Of a stretch of DNA of 64,000 nt, positions 24,824-37,489 are shown piece by piece. Origin of the DNA: Azolla caroliniana (lineage: Eukaryota; Plantae; Polypodiophyta). The stretch is taken from the NCBI GenBank assembly GCA_043228905.1, contig JBHGNT010000014.1, forward strand, positions 11,284,001 through 11,348,000, given 5' to 3'. The notes below the pieces were generated by a model. The model worked only from the letters and a program-made list of their open reading frames with translations, did no database searches and was not told the DNA's origin. Within the stretch, counting starts at the first letter, position 1; every line of letters starts with the position of its first letter. The position numbers were made by a program, and so were the translations under genes.

Positions 24824-27800
24824 CGACAGCGTTTGCGGGTCCATTTCTATGTCGAGGTCGGATTGCGGTGGCGAGGTTGGATGATGATGAGAGTGAGGTT
24901 GAGAGAGAGAGAGTTCAGAAGGCGGAGGTTCTCTGTGTGCAGGTTCTCGTCTGATGATCTTGCAGCGTCTTGGTGCTTCTATGCTCCTGGGTTCGCGAAA
25001 GTAAAGGGTCTCTACGCGCAGTGGTTTTTGTCTGTGCATTCTGGCGCCTTTTTCGAATGTGTGCATGTCGTGTACTAAAATAGCATTATGTCCTATGTTG
25101 GCGCTTTAAACGCCCACTACGTACCTTTTCGCTCCTCGCTCTTTCATCCATTCATTCCTCGCTTTTGCATGATTGTTTTTTTTTTTTTTTTTTTTTTAAT
25201 TTAATTTAGTGTGATGTCACTTGTCCGTTGGTCCTCTTGGACCCTTACCGGCCTCATTCTCCCCAGTTACCGGCTCGCCTTCTCTGCCGTCTTGGTGGTT
25301 GCCGTTTCCCTCACTAGTGTCGGTCGTTTGCTCAAATGGGTTCTTAGGCATCGGTCCTCTATATGGCTTCAACCGGAATCCGTTGACCCATTTGCCTAGC
25401 ACTTCGCTGGCAAGTGTCCCTAACTGGTAGGACCCATTATACTCCCGTGTTAGCCAATACGGTCCAGTCCATCTAAACCGTAGTTTACCCGGCATCTTGC
25501 CCATCCGGGTTTGGAAGACTAACACCGGTTTGCCGATTGCGAACATTTTTTCGTTACCTTTCCTGTGCCGGTCAACAAATGCTTTCTGTCGCCGTTGCTC
25601 CAATTCTAAATGTAGGATGTTGGCCAGTCATTGTTCCTCGAGCTCACACAGCGCTGTCAACCGTATTGCCTCCAACTCCTTCTCGTTCAGCCGTTCCCGT
25701 AGCTGGATCTGTAAGCTGGGTACTTGGAATTCTACCGGCATGACCGCCTCTAGTCCGAATGCTAACTGGAACGGTGTTGTTCGGATGCTCGTTTTGTATG
25801 CCGTCCGGTATGCCCAAAGCGCGCTATGTAGCTTTGTGTCCCAATCCGTCTGGTTTTCGTTGACGATCTTCCGGAGGATATTCTGGAGCGTCTTGTTCGT
25901 TGATTCCGCTAACCCGTTCGCCTGTGGATAGTAAGGTGTGCTCCGTTTGTGGACAACGGCATAGAATGTCGTCAAGCTTTCCACTACTTGGCCGAGAAAG
26001 TGCCCCCCTTGGTCACTTATTAATTCAATTGGGCATCCGTAACGGCACCAGATGTACTCATATAGAAACTTCGTCGTTGACGCAGCGGTGTTATCCCTTA
26101 ATACTTTGGCCTCCACCCATTTCGTGCAATAATCCGTAGCAACGATGACGTACCGATTACCCATTCTCATTGCCGGTGGCTTGAAGGGTCCTACAAAGTC
26201 CAGCCCCCACTTCTGGAATGGCTCGAGTGGTAGTACCGGCTGGTGTGGCATACGAGCCTGCTCCGTTGGCTGGCCCATTCTCTGGCATAGGTCACATTCT
26301 TTTGCGTATCGTACCGCATCTCTTAGTGTCGTTGGCCACCATAGGCACTTTGCCATATTTTCCTGGCCGTCGCATCTCCGGCATAGTGACCTCCGGCAAC
26401 TCCGCAGTGGGCTTCCCTCAGTATCAGTTCCTTTTCATCGCTGCGCACCACCCGTCTCCATATGCCGTCCGCGCCCTTGTGGTACAGTGTGTCTTGCAGT
26501 AAGCAGAAATGTCGGCTTTGCACCGCCAGGCGTTTCCGTTCGTCCCGGTTCATCTCTTCCGGAGGCAATCCTGTGCTTAGAAACTGGTGCATATTTGTGA
26601 GCCATTTGTCTTCCTGTGCCACCGTCTCATCTGCTGTCGTCTCCGTAGTGACTCGAAACAGCTCTGCATCCGGAAACTCATCCGGTACTCCGTCTCCCGT
26701 CTCTCTGGACTCTAATTGGCTTAAGTAATCCGCCACGGTATGTTGTATACCGGGTCGGTGGAATATTTCAAACTCGAACTCCTGTAACAGTAAGGTCCAC
26801 CGGGCCAATTTTCCGGTGAGTGACGCTTTGGACACCAGGTAAAGGAGTGCCGAATGATCTACATGGAAGGAAAACTTACTTCCCAATAAATAATGCCGAA
26901 ACTTTGTCACACTGTAGATCATCCCTAGGGCTTCCCGTTCCGTGGTAGAGTAGTTTTGTTCTGCTTGGGATAGCTTTCGGCTAGCATAGTACACTAGCCG
27001 GTACCATTTTGGCTCTGTAAGCTGCATAAGTACGCTTCCGATTGCGATGTCGGAGGCGTCTACGAACACGTGAAATTCTTTACTCCAATCCGGAGGTTGT
27101 ACTACCGGTGCCTGCGACAATAGTACCTTGAGGGCCCTATATGCTCTATCCTCAGTGTCGGTCCACTAGAATGGTGTCCGATGTACGGCGGCATGCAACG
27201 GTGTAGCCAGGTCGGCTAAGTATCGGAGCATCCGGCTGTGCCACCGGATCTGGCCTAAGAACCGGCTTAATGCCTTTGCCGTTGCCGGCACCGGTGCTTC
27301 TAATATGGCTTTCACTTTGTCCGGGTCGACTGCAATACCTTCCTGGCTCACAATATGTCCTAATAAAGTTCCACTGGACACGCCAAATACACACTTTGCC
27401 GGATTCAAGCTTAGCCGGTACGCTCTACACTTTTCTAGACAAAGACGGAGGTGCTAAAAATGGTCCTCCTCCCGGCTATAGACGGCGAAATCGTCAAGGA
27501 AAACCTGCATAAAAGCCGGTATATATTCACCAAAGATTTCCATGATGATTCGTTGAAATGTTGTCGATGCCGTTTTGAGTCCGAACATCATCACCACGGC
27601 CACAAACACCCCCCATTCGGTGACGAATGCCGTTTTCTCTTGGTCATCGGGGTGCATCCGGATCTGATTATACCCGCTGAATCCGTCTAGGAAGCTATAG
27701 ACCTCATGGCCGGCGACGGCATCCAACACTCCATCTGTGAACGGAAGTGGAAACGCATCCGTTACCGTAGCCGCATTGAGTTTCCGGTAGTCCACGCAAA

Positions 27801-30012
27801 CTCGAATTTTTCCATTCTTCTTCGGTACGACTACGATCGGGCTCAGCCATGTCGCTTTCTTTACCGGACGGATAAAGTCAACTCTTAGCAATTTGTCGAT
27901 TTCCTCCTTGACTTTGGCGGCATAATTGGGATTCATCCGGTACCGTCTTTGTGCCACTGGTTTTGCGTCCTTGCTCAAGTGCACCTGATGCTGGTATAAC
28001 TGAGGGTCGAGTCCTCGCATATCTTCGTATGACCAGGCGAACACATCGCGGAATTCCGTGAGAAGTGTGATCATCGCCGTTTTGTCTTCGGACTTCAGCT
28101 CCTTGGCGATGTGCACCGGTTTTGCTTCGTCCATGGTGCCTAGGTTCACCTCTTCCAGATGCGACGCTTTCACGCGCTGTGAAACGGCCATTTCCCGTTC
28201 CAACGCTTCGTGCGCTTGCCGTAACTCCCGGATTGCGTCTTTATCCGGTTCTGCTTCAGCCTCTTCCGGTTGCGGTAAGTATGGTGCTACTGCTTCGGCA
28301 ATGTCAATTTCGAAGAGGGGTATGATCTTCGGGTTTTCCTACAGGTACTGAGCTTCTTCTTCGTCCGCTAACCCTTCTAGCATGTTGACGCATTCCGCAT
28401 ACAACGGTGTACATTCCTTGCCAGTGCTCGTCCTTGGCTGTGTTGGTACCCGTACCTTGGCTTTTCCTCGCCGGAAGGTAATTATATTTTTCTGCCAATT
28501 CTGTTTGATATGTGTCGTTTTCAACCATGGCCGCCCCAGCAATAGCGGGTATGCGCCTTGTGCCTGTAATTGTAGCACTACGGCCGAGATGTAAAATGTA
28601 TGACCGCCAACGGTGACTTCTAATTTCCGTATTAATCCTGTCGGCCGCACTGAGCTTGTATCGGCCATCCGCAACCAGAACGGACACGGCTCCCACTCGT
28701 GAATTCCTAGGGCATCACACGTCCGGAGGCTTATTACATTCACCCCAGAGCCTCCGTCTATAACTATGCCGGGGAGTTCTTTCCCTTTTACAATGGCAGT
28801 GATTACCGGACTGCTGGTGTCCACCACCGTTGGTCCCTCCTCCGGATTCGAGAAGAGTACCGATGCCGGTGATGGTTCTCCTGCCGTCATGGCCGTCTTC
28901 AGTCCTTCCGTGAATCTTGGCACGAGTTGTAGGAGTCTTCCTAGTGGCAACGTAATCTGGCACTCTTGCAACGCCTGCCATGTCTCGTTCTCGGAGTGAC
29001 TACCGCCGGCAAGCCCTGCGGTGTTCTCCTTTTGCCACTGTAAATCTGGGACATTCTGTTCGTTTGCTTTCTTTACCCATTCCGTTGCTTGTTTCCAAAT
29101 GGTCTCCTGCGTCTCCCATTCCTTGGCCATGCCCTTCGACCTTGTGGTCACCTACTGCAGATCTGCCACCTCAGGGACTACCATATTTACCGCCGGTCGT
29201 TTTTCATAGCTCTTCACCGGGCATTGGTTACTATAATGGCCTTCCTGTCGGCAGTAGTAGCAGTAGGCTTTCCGGGTATTGCTAGATTCGGCATTGTCTG
29301 TTGTACCCGGGGCAGGTCCTGCGGTACGCGGGGGGTTTTGTACCGGTTGGCTGCTTGGAGCTCCTTGTTCCGGATCCCGGGGGTAGCCGCCTTTTTTAAA
29401 ATGTCGTTTTTTGTTATAGCTCTTCTTATTTCGGTACTCTTGACGGGGTTGCCCGTTATATCTGCCGTATCCCTCCCGTTGCTGACGATACCCGGGGGAG
29501 TGCTCCCGGTCGTAATGTTCGTATCGTCTATTGTAAACCTGGTACCGATCATACCGGTCATAATTATCCCGCTAATCACCGTACCGGACATCATTTTCCT
29601 GTCGATCGTTGTGCCAGACATCCTGTGCTGGTCGGTCGCGGTCCATTCGCCGCCAACGTTCGTCTTCTTCATCCCGGCTGCTGCATGGCTCAATTTGTCG
29701 GACGGGCGGTGCTTGCCGGTTCAACAGATTATACTCGCACCTATCCTTCGTATGGCTCTTGGATTGACAGATTACACATTGCATCCTCATAGTGCATTCT
29801 AGAACCGAGTGTCCGGAATTCAAGCAGGTTGTGCACTGTATTGCTTGCCGAAACCGGAGGTCTTCATCAGACGGTAACGCCCGTTAAAGTGCTCCCAGTG
29901 TGAGCCAGGAGCTTGTTTTTTCCATCTCTCTCACCCGGTCAATGACCTGGTCGATGGTACTTGTGCAGAAGTCAATTACCGTGCAAACCGTGCGTAGAGG
30001 TTCCCGGAGCGC

Positions 30013-30986
30013 TGTCGTGAAGATTTTCGGCAATAGTGTGAAAATCCCATAAAACGTACAAAATCGAGTATGAATCATGTAATACAATAATTGTGAAGAT
30101 AACATTTTTAATATCTAAGTACAAAATGATGGAGGTTTCGAATGCACTTTATTACACGAGAAATGGACAACTAAATGTCAAGATATGAGGGTATAAAGTT
30201 TGTGAAAAGAAAAGAGAAAATTGTGAGATATCCCACATAGGCACGACAAATACGGCTCTCATCATATATAAGGTGGAGCAAAAGATATTATCTTTGTGTC
30301 TATGTGTGGAGCATAGAGAGTTCAAGGTAACTTGAACTTAGAGTGGAGGTGGCTAGCTACTCGAAAAGGGTTTTGGCCAACCAAAACCGGACCGGCGATG
30401 GAGCCGGTGATCCGACGGCATCCGACCGGTATCCGGCGTCGGCGTCGGCATCCGGCAACGGTATCCTGCGAACCGGCGACTAGATAAAATAAATATATAA
30501 AAGTATATACATATACAAGGAGGACAAGTATGGATTCGAACCTTGCACCTCCAAGTTAGGAGTCAAATGGCTTACCATTAAGCCATAGTATTTAGTTGAA
30601 ATTATATTTTTATCATTATACTTTTACATGTAAATTCTCATCCATGAGTGCTAAAATGAGTGACATGGTTAGCATGCACCACATGTAATACTTAAGCGCC
30701 AAATGGCAAACATGCAATTTATGCATGTCTTGTACCCTCACATGCATCATGTGCATGAGAGCATCTATAAAAGAGGGAAGGGGGAGGAGAAAAACACGGT
30801 TTTTTTGTATGAAAATTAAGAAGAAGAAATTCGTTTTGAAATCAATCGTGTAATCTCATCTTCTCTCTTTCCCAATCTATCTTAAGTACTTTCTCGCCAA
30901 AGCTTGTATCGACTCTAAATCCTTCTGGTCCAGAACCCCGGCGGTTCCGCCTCACGATCCGCGCGTAGTGACGGATCTTCACGACA
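30013..30986 (+). mobile_element. Solo LTR (974 bp) of a Gypsy family related to G4
   Basis: 12-bp terminal inverted repeat TGTCGTGAAGAT...ATCTTCACGACA; 4-bp TSD GCGC (30009-30012 and 30987-30990); removing it restores G1 gag (FLNA/LREP). Confidence 0.92.
30522..30592 (-). promoter_or_regulatory. tRNA-like Pol III promoter cassette inside the solo LTR
   Basis: A box TGGCTTAATGG (30575-30585); B box GGTTCGAATCC (30532-30542); D-arm-like hairpin TGGCTTA/TAAGCCA; TTTT downstream near 30499-30502. Confidence 0.7.
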
Positions 30987-31525
30987 GCGCGTTTAGGAAT
31001 ATAGTCCGTAATTCCTCCTCCGGGGGTGCGCGGGCAAGCTGACTATGCATCCGTTGAAACCGGATGACAAATTGGGGAATGCTCTCCCCTGCCTCTTGCC
31101 GGATGGTATAAAATAAGCCTACCATTACGGTCTGGTCCACCTCCTTTTGAAAAAAATGCAAGAATTTAGCTTTTAAATCTGCAAAGGTGTTGATGGTAGA
31201 CAGGTCCTGCGTCCGGCGCCATCTTGCTGCCGGTCCCTCCAATGTGACGCCAAATTCCGCTATCTTAGAGCGTTCTTCTTCCTCCGGGGTCAATCGCCGG
31301 GACACATGGTTGGCTTCCCATGTCTGTTCAAAGGCGTTCACATGAGCTTCCACGTCCGGATCATCTCTATACTTGGAGTACTGGAACGGCATGTCGTTGT
31401 CCGGTATCGGTGCGCGAGCTGGTAGTGTTGGTGCTCGTTCCGGAATTTTCTCCGGCGTCAGTGGTCTTTCCCGATTTGTTTCCGGCGTCGGTTGTTTTTC
31501 CTCTTCCTTTGGTGACGGAGGCCTC

Positions 31526-34500
31526 TGTCGAATACATGTGTATAATGGACGTATTCACACTATCCCGTTTTGGCCATTTATGTAATTAGCATAAAGGGTA
31601 GTTGCCCTAAGTCGGTCACTATATATAGTGACCTTGTAACCTTTTTGTAAGGTTGGGTTGTTGTATTACTGCTTTGTGGAATAAAGAGTCTTTTGTGTCT
31701 CTCTCTCTCTCTCTCTCTCTGTGCAACGACCTAGAAACTGTCATACGCAGGTACTCAACAGCAATCGAATGCTTCTTGATCTTCCGCATAGACGACCTTG
31801 TTTCCCAACATCTGGTATCAGAGCCTGCACAGCATTCGGTCCTTCAATCCGCTGTCGGCCGTCGTCTCAGCCTGCACAGCATTCGGTTTCTTGCGTCATT
31901 CGAAGAAGAGAGAAGAAGAAGAAAAACGAGGCTCGCATCTCATCGCGTTAGATCATCTTCACTTGGAGTAAGCCAGCAGGTTGTACTCTGTTCCTTGTGA
32001 TCGTAACCACTCGAGGTGAAATCCCCCTGTGCAACATTGACACGATCGTGCTCCACTCGGTTAAACGGCATCCGAAGAGGTCATCAAACGCCGCTCGTTG
32101 TAACCACTCGGTGCAGATCGGTCTCAAGACAACAACCCCAATTCGCGCTTCATCCGGCTGATCGACATTCAGGAGGATCAGTTGGATCTGTCTCTCTCGT
32201 CGCTGCAGCCACCCGAAGCAGAATCGGTCCAGATAATCGGTTTCAATAATCGGTATTCGGCATATATATCCGAAGCGAACCGGGCTCACTCCGACTCGGC
32301 AACATTCGGGAAGACCAGTCGGTTCTGTCCCTCAAGTTACCGGAGTCAATTCGAGCAAGTTCCGAAGCCGAACCGACTCGGGTTCAAATCCGACTAGAAC
32401 GATATCGGGTGAGCCAACTGGCTGCACTCCAACAAGGTTCGTAGTCAACTCCGAACCGAGCTTCGTCAACCAAAACCGAACTTGATGGCATCAACATCCG
32501 GCTCGTCAGAAATGAGTCTACGAAAGTTCGATGGATCGAACTTCAACTTCTGGAAGGAACAAATGCAGGACTATCTCATATTCAAGGGGCAAATCGATCC
32601 CATCGAAAATGAAGAACCTCCAGAAGGATACAAACCAATTGAGTGGCAGAAGCTGGACAGAATTGTCCGCGCCACAATTCGGATGCACCTATCGGAATCG
32701 GTATACTTTACGGTGCAATCGTGTACGACAGCATTCGAACTGTGGAAAACACTGTCGGACACTTACGAAAAGAAGGTCGCCGCAACGAAGATGTTTCTGA
32801 TCCGGCGCCTCTACAACTTGCGGATGAAAGAATCCGATTCGGTTCAAGCACATCTCAATGAGTACGAAAGCATAAGCTCCCAAATCTCATCACAGGGGAC
32901 GGCAATCGAGGATGAACTCAGAGCAATGATACTCATGAGCAGCCTTCCCTCATCATGGGAAACTTTCGTCACAACCGTGTGCAACGCGTCAACCACGGCT
33001 GTTAAATACTCCGAAGTCACGAGCACAATCCTGACCGAAGCAGCTCGGAGAAAGTCTTTCGCCAAAGACTCAACAGACGACGCTTACGTAGTACAAGGTT
33101 CGACAGACCGATCGAACATACGAGGAAGAGATTCCTCACGGCCGCCGAACAATCAGCGAAGACGGAGCCAGTCACGGGATAACCGAATCTGCAACTATTG
33201 CAAGAAACCCGGACACATCAAAGCCGACTGCCGCGCACTCAAGAACAAGAACAACAAGAAGAGTGGCCGGCATGAGGAGATCAATTACGTCAGCTTCTCA
33301 GCTGATGTGCTACCAAACGACCCGAATATACTATCAATCGAAAATCCAGTCGGCTCAGAAGTTCTGCTCACGACTGAAGAATCGAGCACATGGCTCTTGG
33401 ATTCGGGTGCGTCATTTCACGTGACTCCTCATCAATCCCAATTTCGGCAATATACGATCCGTCACTCCGACTCAGTTCGAGTCGGCAACTCACAACACTG
33501 TGACATCATCGGAATCGGCACAGTAGAGCTCAACCTTGCAGGTGGCTCTACACTTGTACTTCACAATGTCCGACATGTACCCGAGCTCTCAAGGCCATTG
33601 ATCTCAGTCGGACAACTAGATGAAGACGGCATTCGTGCCGGTTTTTCTTCGGGAGGGTGGACACTCCACAGGGGGAACCTCCTGCTTGCTAGAGGACCCA
33701 AGATACACTCACTGTATCCGTTACATGTTACGCTCAGAGAGGGTAACCTGTTTTTGGTGGATATCCCTGTGTCATCACTATGGCACCGAAGATTAGGACA
33801 CCTCAGCAAGGCCGGCATTACGCATCTATCTAGAGCCGGATACATCCCCAAACTCTCCTTCTCCGACCATCAATTCTGCGAGCATTGTCAGTATGGCAAA
33901 CAAGCAGCCGCATCACACCCGACATCAGCACCAAGAGAAACGAGACCTCTTGATTTGGTCCACTCGGACGTCTGTGGCCCAATGCCGCATCAGTCTCTCG
34001 GCGGTGCCTCTTACTTCGTCACTTTTATTGACGATTCGACTCGAAAGGTGTGGGCTTATCCAATTCGCACCAAAGATCGGGTCTTCTCGATCTTCACCGA
34101 TTGGCTCGCTATGGTAGAAAATCAAACCGACCGAAAGCTGAAATGCTTTCGGACAGACAATGGGGGAGAGTTTAAATCCGAAGAATTCGTCAAATTCTGC
34201 CGACAACGCGGCATCCGACGTGAATTTACGGCACCACACAGTCCGGAGCAAAACGGGATTGCCGAACGCATGAATCGGACAATCCAAGAACGGACAGTTT
34301 CCATGCTCCAACACTCCGGACTGTCGGATGGCTTCTGGGCAGAGGCTCTACTCACGGCAGTACACATAATCAATATGTCGCCAAGTAGACCTCTAGGACT
34401 TCAAATTCCTCAGGAACTATGGATCGGCAGTAAGCCGAATTACGACAAGCTGAGGATCTTCGGATGCGAGGCGTACGCCCTTATTCCGAAAGATGATCGC

Positions 34501-36976
34501 CGAAAACTTGCACCTCGGTCCAGGAAATGCATTTTCCTTGGATATGGATCCGACGGCGAAATGGGATACCGACTCTGGGACCCCGAACGCAGACAAATCG
34601 TTCGAAGTTCGGACGTTGTGTTCAACGAGTCGGCTATGAATCCATCAGTCGAAAAACCGATCGAAGTCCGAAGGGTAACATTTTCCGATGTGCCGACCCT
34701 TCAAGAAGGCCCCGCTCTCAACACACGGTCAGCTTCACGGGTAGCTGAACCTTACACTACCGACTCGGACAACCCCGACTCGGCACCGCAGAACAATCCG
34801 CTTTCGGACCATCCGACCTTGATACCCGATGCGACCAGTCCAATCATACCTCGACGATCCGAGAGACTGTCGCAACCTCCGGAGAGGTATTCTCCTGGAA
34901 TTTTCTTCACCGACGCCGGCGAACCGACGTCTTACGAAGAAGCATCGACATCTGTCGATTCAGCCACCTGGCATCTGGCGATGGAGTCGGAAATGCACTC
35001 CATTCGGGCAAACAAGACTTGGGATCTGGTCGACTTACCTAGGAACCGACGTGCTCTTCCTTGCAAGTGGGTTTATCGACTAAAAGAGACGTCTGATTCG
35101 ACCACCCCAAAGTACAAGGCCAGATTAGTTGCGAAGGGCTTCCGACAAGAATATGGCGTCGACTTCGACGAGATTTTTTCACCAGTGGTGAAAATGACAA
35201 CCCTTCGTTTCCTACTCGGCGTAGTGGCAGCCGACAACTTGGAGCTGATTCAGCTAGATGTCAAAACAGCCTTCCTCCATGGTGATCTTGACGAGGAAAT
35301 TTATATGGAGCAGCCAAAAGGCTTCGTGGCGACTGGCCAAGAACATCTAGTCTGCCGACTCAGGAAGAGTCTATACGGCCTCAAACAGGCACCGCGACAA
35401 TGGTACAAGAAGTTCGACGACTTCATCCAATCGATCGGCTTCTCAAAAAGCGATGAGGACCATTGTCTTTTCACCAACACAGCTCAAGATGGATCACCCA
35501 TCTTCCTCATCATTTACGTGGACGACATGCTAATTTCTGGACGCCACGCGGGCGAACTTGCCGATCTCATTCGGCAACTGCGGTTGAAGTTTGCCATGAA
35601 GGACCTCGGTCCGGCACGACACATCCTTGGCATGAAGATTAGTCGGCATCGCGATAAATGACATCTTTTTTTGTCTCAGACCGACTATACCCGACGTGTC
35701 TTAGAACGCTTCAACATGCAATCAGCCAAATCTGCCTCAACCCCGCTCCCCATGAATCTTCGGCTCTCTCAGCGAGACTGCCCGACATCCGGTCCGGAGG
35801 GGGAAGATATGAAGTCGGTACCGTATGCACCGGCAGTCGGCTCCCTTATGTACCTGATGGTCGCGACACGACCTGATATTTCTCACGCCGTAGGAGTCGT
35901 TAGCAGATTTATGCACAATCCTGGCCGATCGCATTGGAACGCAGTCAAGCATGTGTTCAGATATCTGGCTGGCACAAAAGACCACGGCATTCTTTTCGGT
36001 CCGAACCGAACCTCAGGCGTAGTCGGTTACACCGACTCGGACTTCGCCGGCTGTATAGACAGTCGGAAATCAACAACCGGATACTGCTTCAAATTCGGCA
36101 ATGGAGCAATCTCGTGGAAGTCGAAACTTCAGGAGTGCACAGCGACCTCAACGACCGAAGTAGAATATGTAGCTGCGTCCGACGCAGCAAAAGAAGCTTT
36201 GTGGCTCGGTCGGCTGGCGCACACGTTTCGACAAGTCGACCATGACTCGGCTCCAGTTGTCTACAGCGACAGTCAAGGTGTTGTTGCCTTGTCGAAAAAT
36301 CCGGTTCACCACAACGCCTCCAAACATATCGACGTTCGATATCACTTCGTTCGGGACTGCGTCATTTCAGGGAAAATCGGTCTAAAGAAAATATCCACAA
36401 CCGACAATGTCGCAGATGGAATGACCAAGTGTCTTTCGGCAGACCGTTTTCGGTCTCTTCGGCATCAGATGGGCGTAACGACAAACCAGTCCGGTTAGAG
36501 CCGGACACAGAGCAGGATGGTTCCCGACAACCGACATCAGTTCCTTAATGATCGGCTTCAACTGTTCCGACCCGACCAGTTCGGTCTTCTGCCTTCGGAC
36601 CCTGCCGACTCGAACAAAGCTGATATGTCCGAGAACCTAAGTCTATACCTATAATCTTAGATAACCCATGTATACGCCCATTACGGGGGAGTGTCGAATA
36701 CATGTGTATAATGGACGTATTCACACTATCCCGTTTTGGCCATTTATGTAATTAGCATAAAGGGTAGTTGCCCTAAGTCGGTCACTATATATAGTGACCT
36801 TGTAACCTTTTTGTAAGGTTGGGTTGTTGTATTACTGCTTTGTGGAATAAAGAGTCTTTTGTGTCTCTCTCTCTCTCTCTCTCTCTGTGCAACGACCTAG
36901 AAACTGTCATACGCAGGTACTCAACAGCAATCGAATGCTTCTTGATCTTCCACATAGACGACCTTGTTTCCCAACA
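31526..36976 (+). mobile_element. Ty1/Copia element C4 (Tnt1-like), full length and young
   Basis: 285-bp LTRs at 31526-31810 and 36692-36976 with one difference seen; TSD GCCTC; PBS TGGTATCAGAGCC 31813-31825; PPT GGGGGAG 36685-36691. Confidence 0.97.
32485..36498 (+). pseudogene. C4 gag-pol (GAG-PR-INT-RT-RH) with a single in-frame TGA at 35659-35661
   Basis: CNYCKKPGHIKADC; WLLDSGAS; HSDVCGP; QLDVKTAF; YVDD; YTDSD...SKHIDVRYHF; ORFs 32482..35661 and 35671..36498 share a frame. Confidence 0.93.
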
Positions 36977-37472
36977 GCCTCTCCTCTTTGACTTCCGGTG
37001 TCGGCGGTCACTCTTCCTCTGCTGGTTCTGGGGGTTCCAGCGTTAGCACTTCCGGTTCTAATGTCGGTAAGGTATCCGATCCTTGGTCCCCCGGTCCGCC
37101 CAGGGTTTCGTTGCTGCTACGGTAGTTCGTGTGCACGCTGTATTCCCCTTCGGAGTCCGATTCATATGCTGAAAAGGCTTTTGCTTCGCCTTCTCCGTTT
37201 GCCAACGCATGGAGAAGGGATTCGGTTTCCCGGAGGCTGCTTAGGCTGTTGCCGTCGTCCGGGTGCGATGTTTGCTGTAACCAGAGGGAGTCCTCCGCTA
37301 CTCTCCGGATTACGTTGGAAAACGAGCGATCCGCTCTAATTTCCTGCACCGCTCGCTGGAAAGCCTCGTGTCTCCTTTGCCTTTCGGCAAGGCGTCGAGT
37401 TCGATCTGTAACCAGGTCGTGCGTTGATCTAGACATCCATCCGTGCCGTCGTTCGCTGCAAAAACAGGAATC

Positions 37473-37482
37473 GTGGTCGCCA
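37473..37482 (-). promoter_or_regulatory. PBS of G1 (TGGCGACCAC), complementary to a plant tRNA-Arg(UCG)-type 3' end; same PBS in G2 at 24222-24231
   Basis: Separated from the LTR by CAGTTTT; tRNA assignment is from recalled plant tRNA sequence. Confidence 0.7.
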
Positions 37483-37489
37483 AAAACTG

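Larger units (their letters stand above)
25217..37436 (-). pseudogene. G1 gag-pol, interrupted by a solo LTR (30013-30986) and Copia C4 (31526-36976), with stops and frameshifts
   Basis: gag start MSRSTHD (ATG near 37436); gag 30979..31392; PR VIDGGSGVN 28339..29151; RT 27454..28203; RH 26323..27120; INT 25217..26356. Confidence 0.9.

Noticed and set aside
7800-29802. Long plus-strand ORFs such as 7800..8426, 23643..24260 and 29089..29802
   Set aside because: Antisense shadows of GC-rich, low-complexity retroelement ORFs on the minus strand.
30522-30592. Functional tRNA gene (Arg-CCT-like loop here, GTC-like loop in the G4 LTR)
   Set aside because: Acceptor and anticodon stems do not pair and the loop differs between the two LTR types; kept only as a tRNA-like promoter cassette.
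35659-35661. Programmed stop-codon readthrough in C4
   Set aside because: It lies within RT and is simply explained by CGA-to-TGA deamination; no readthrough context is evident.
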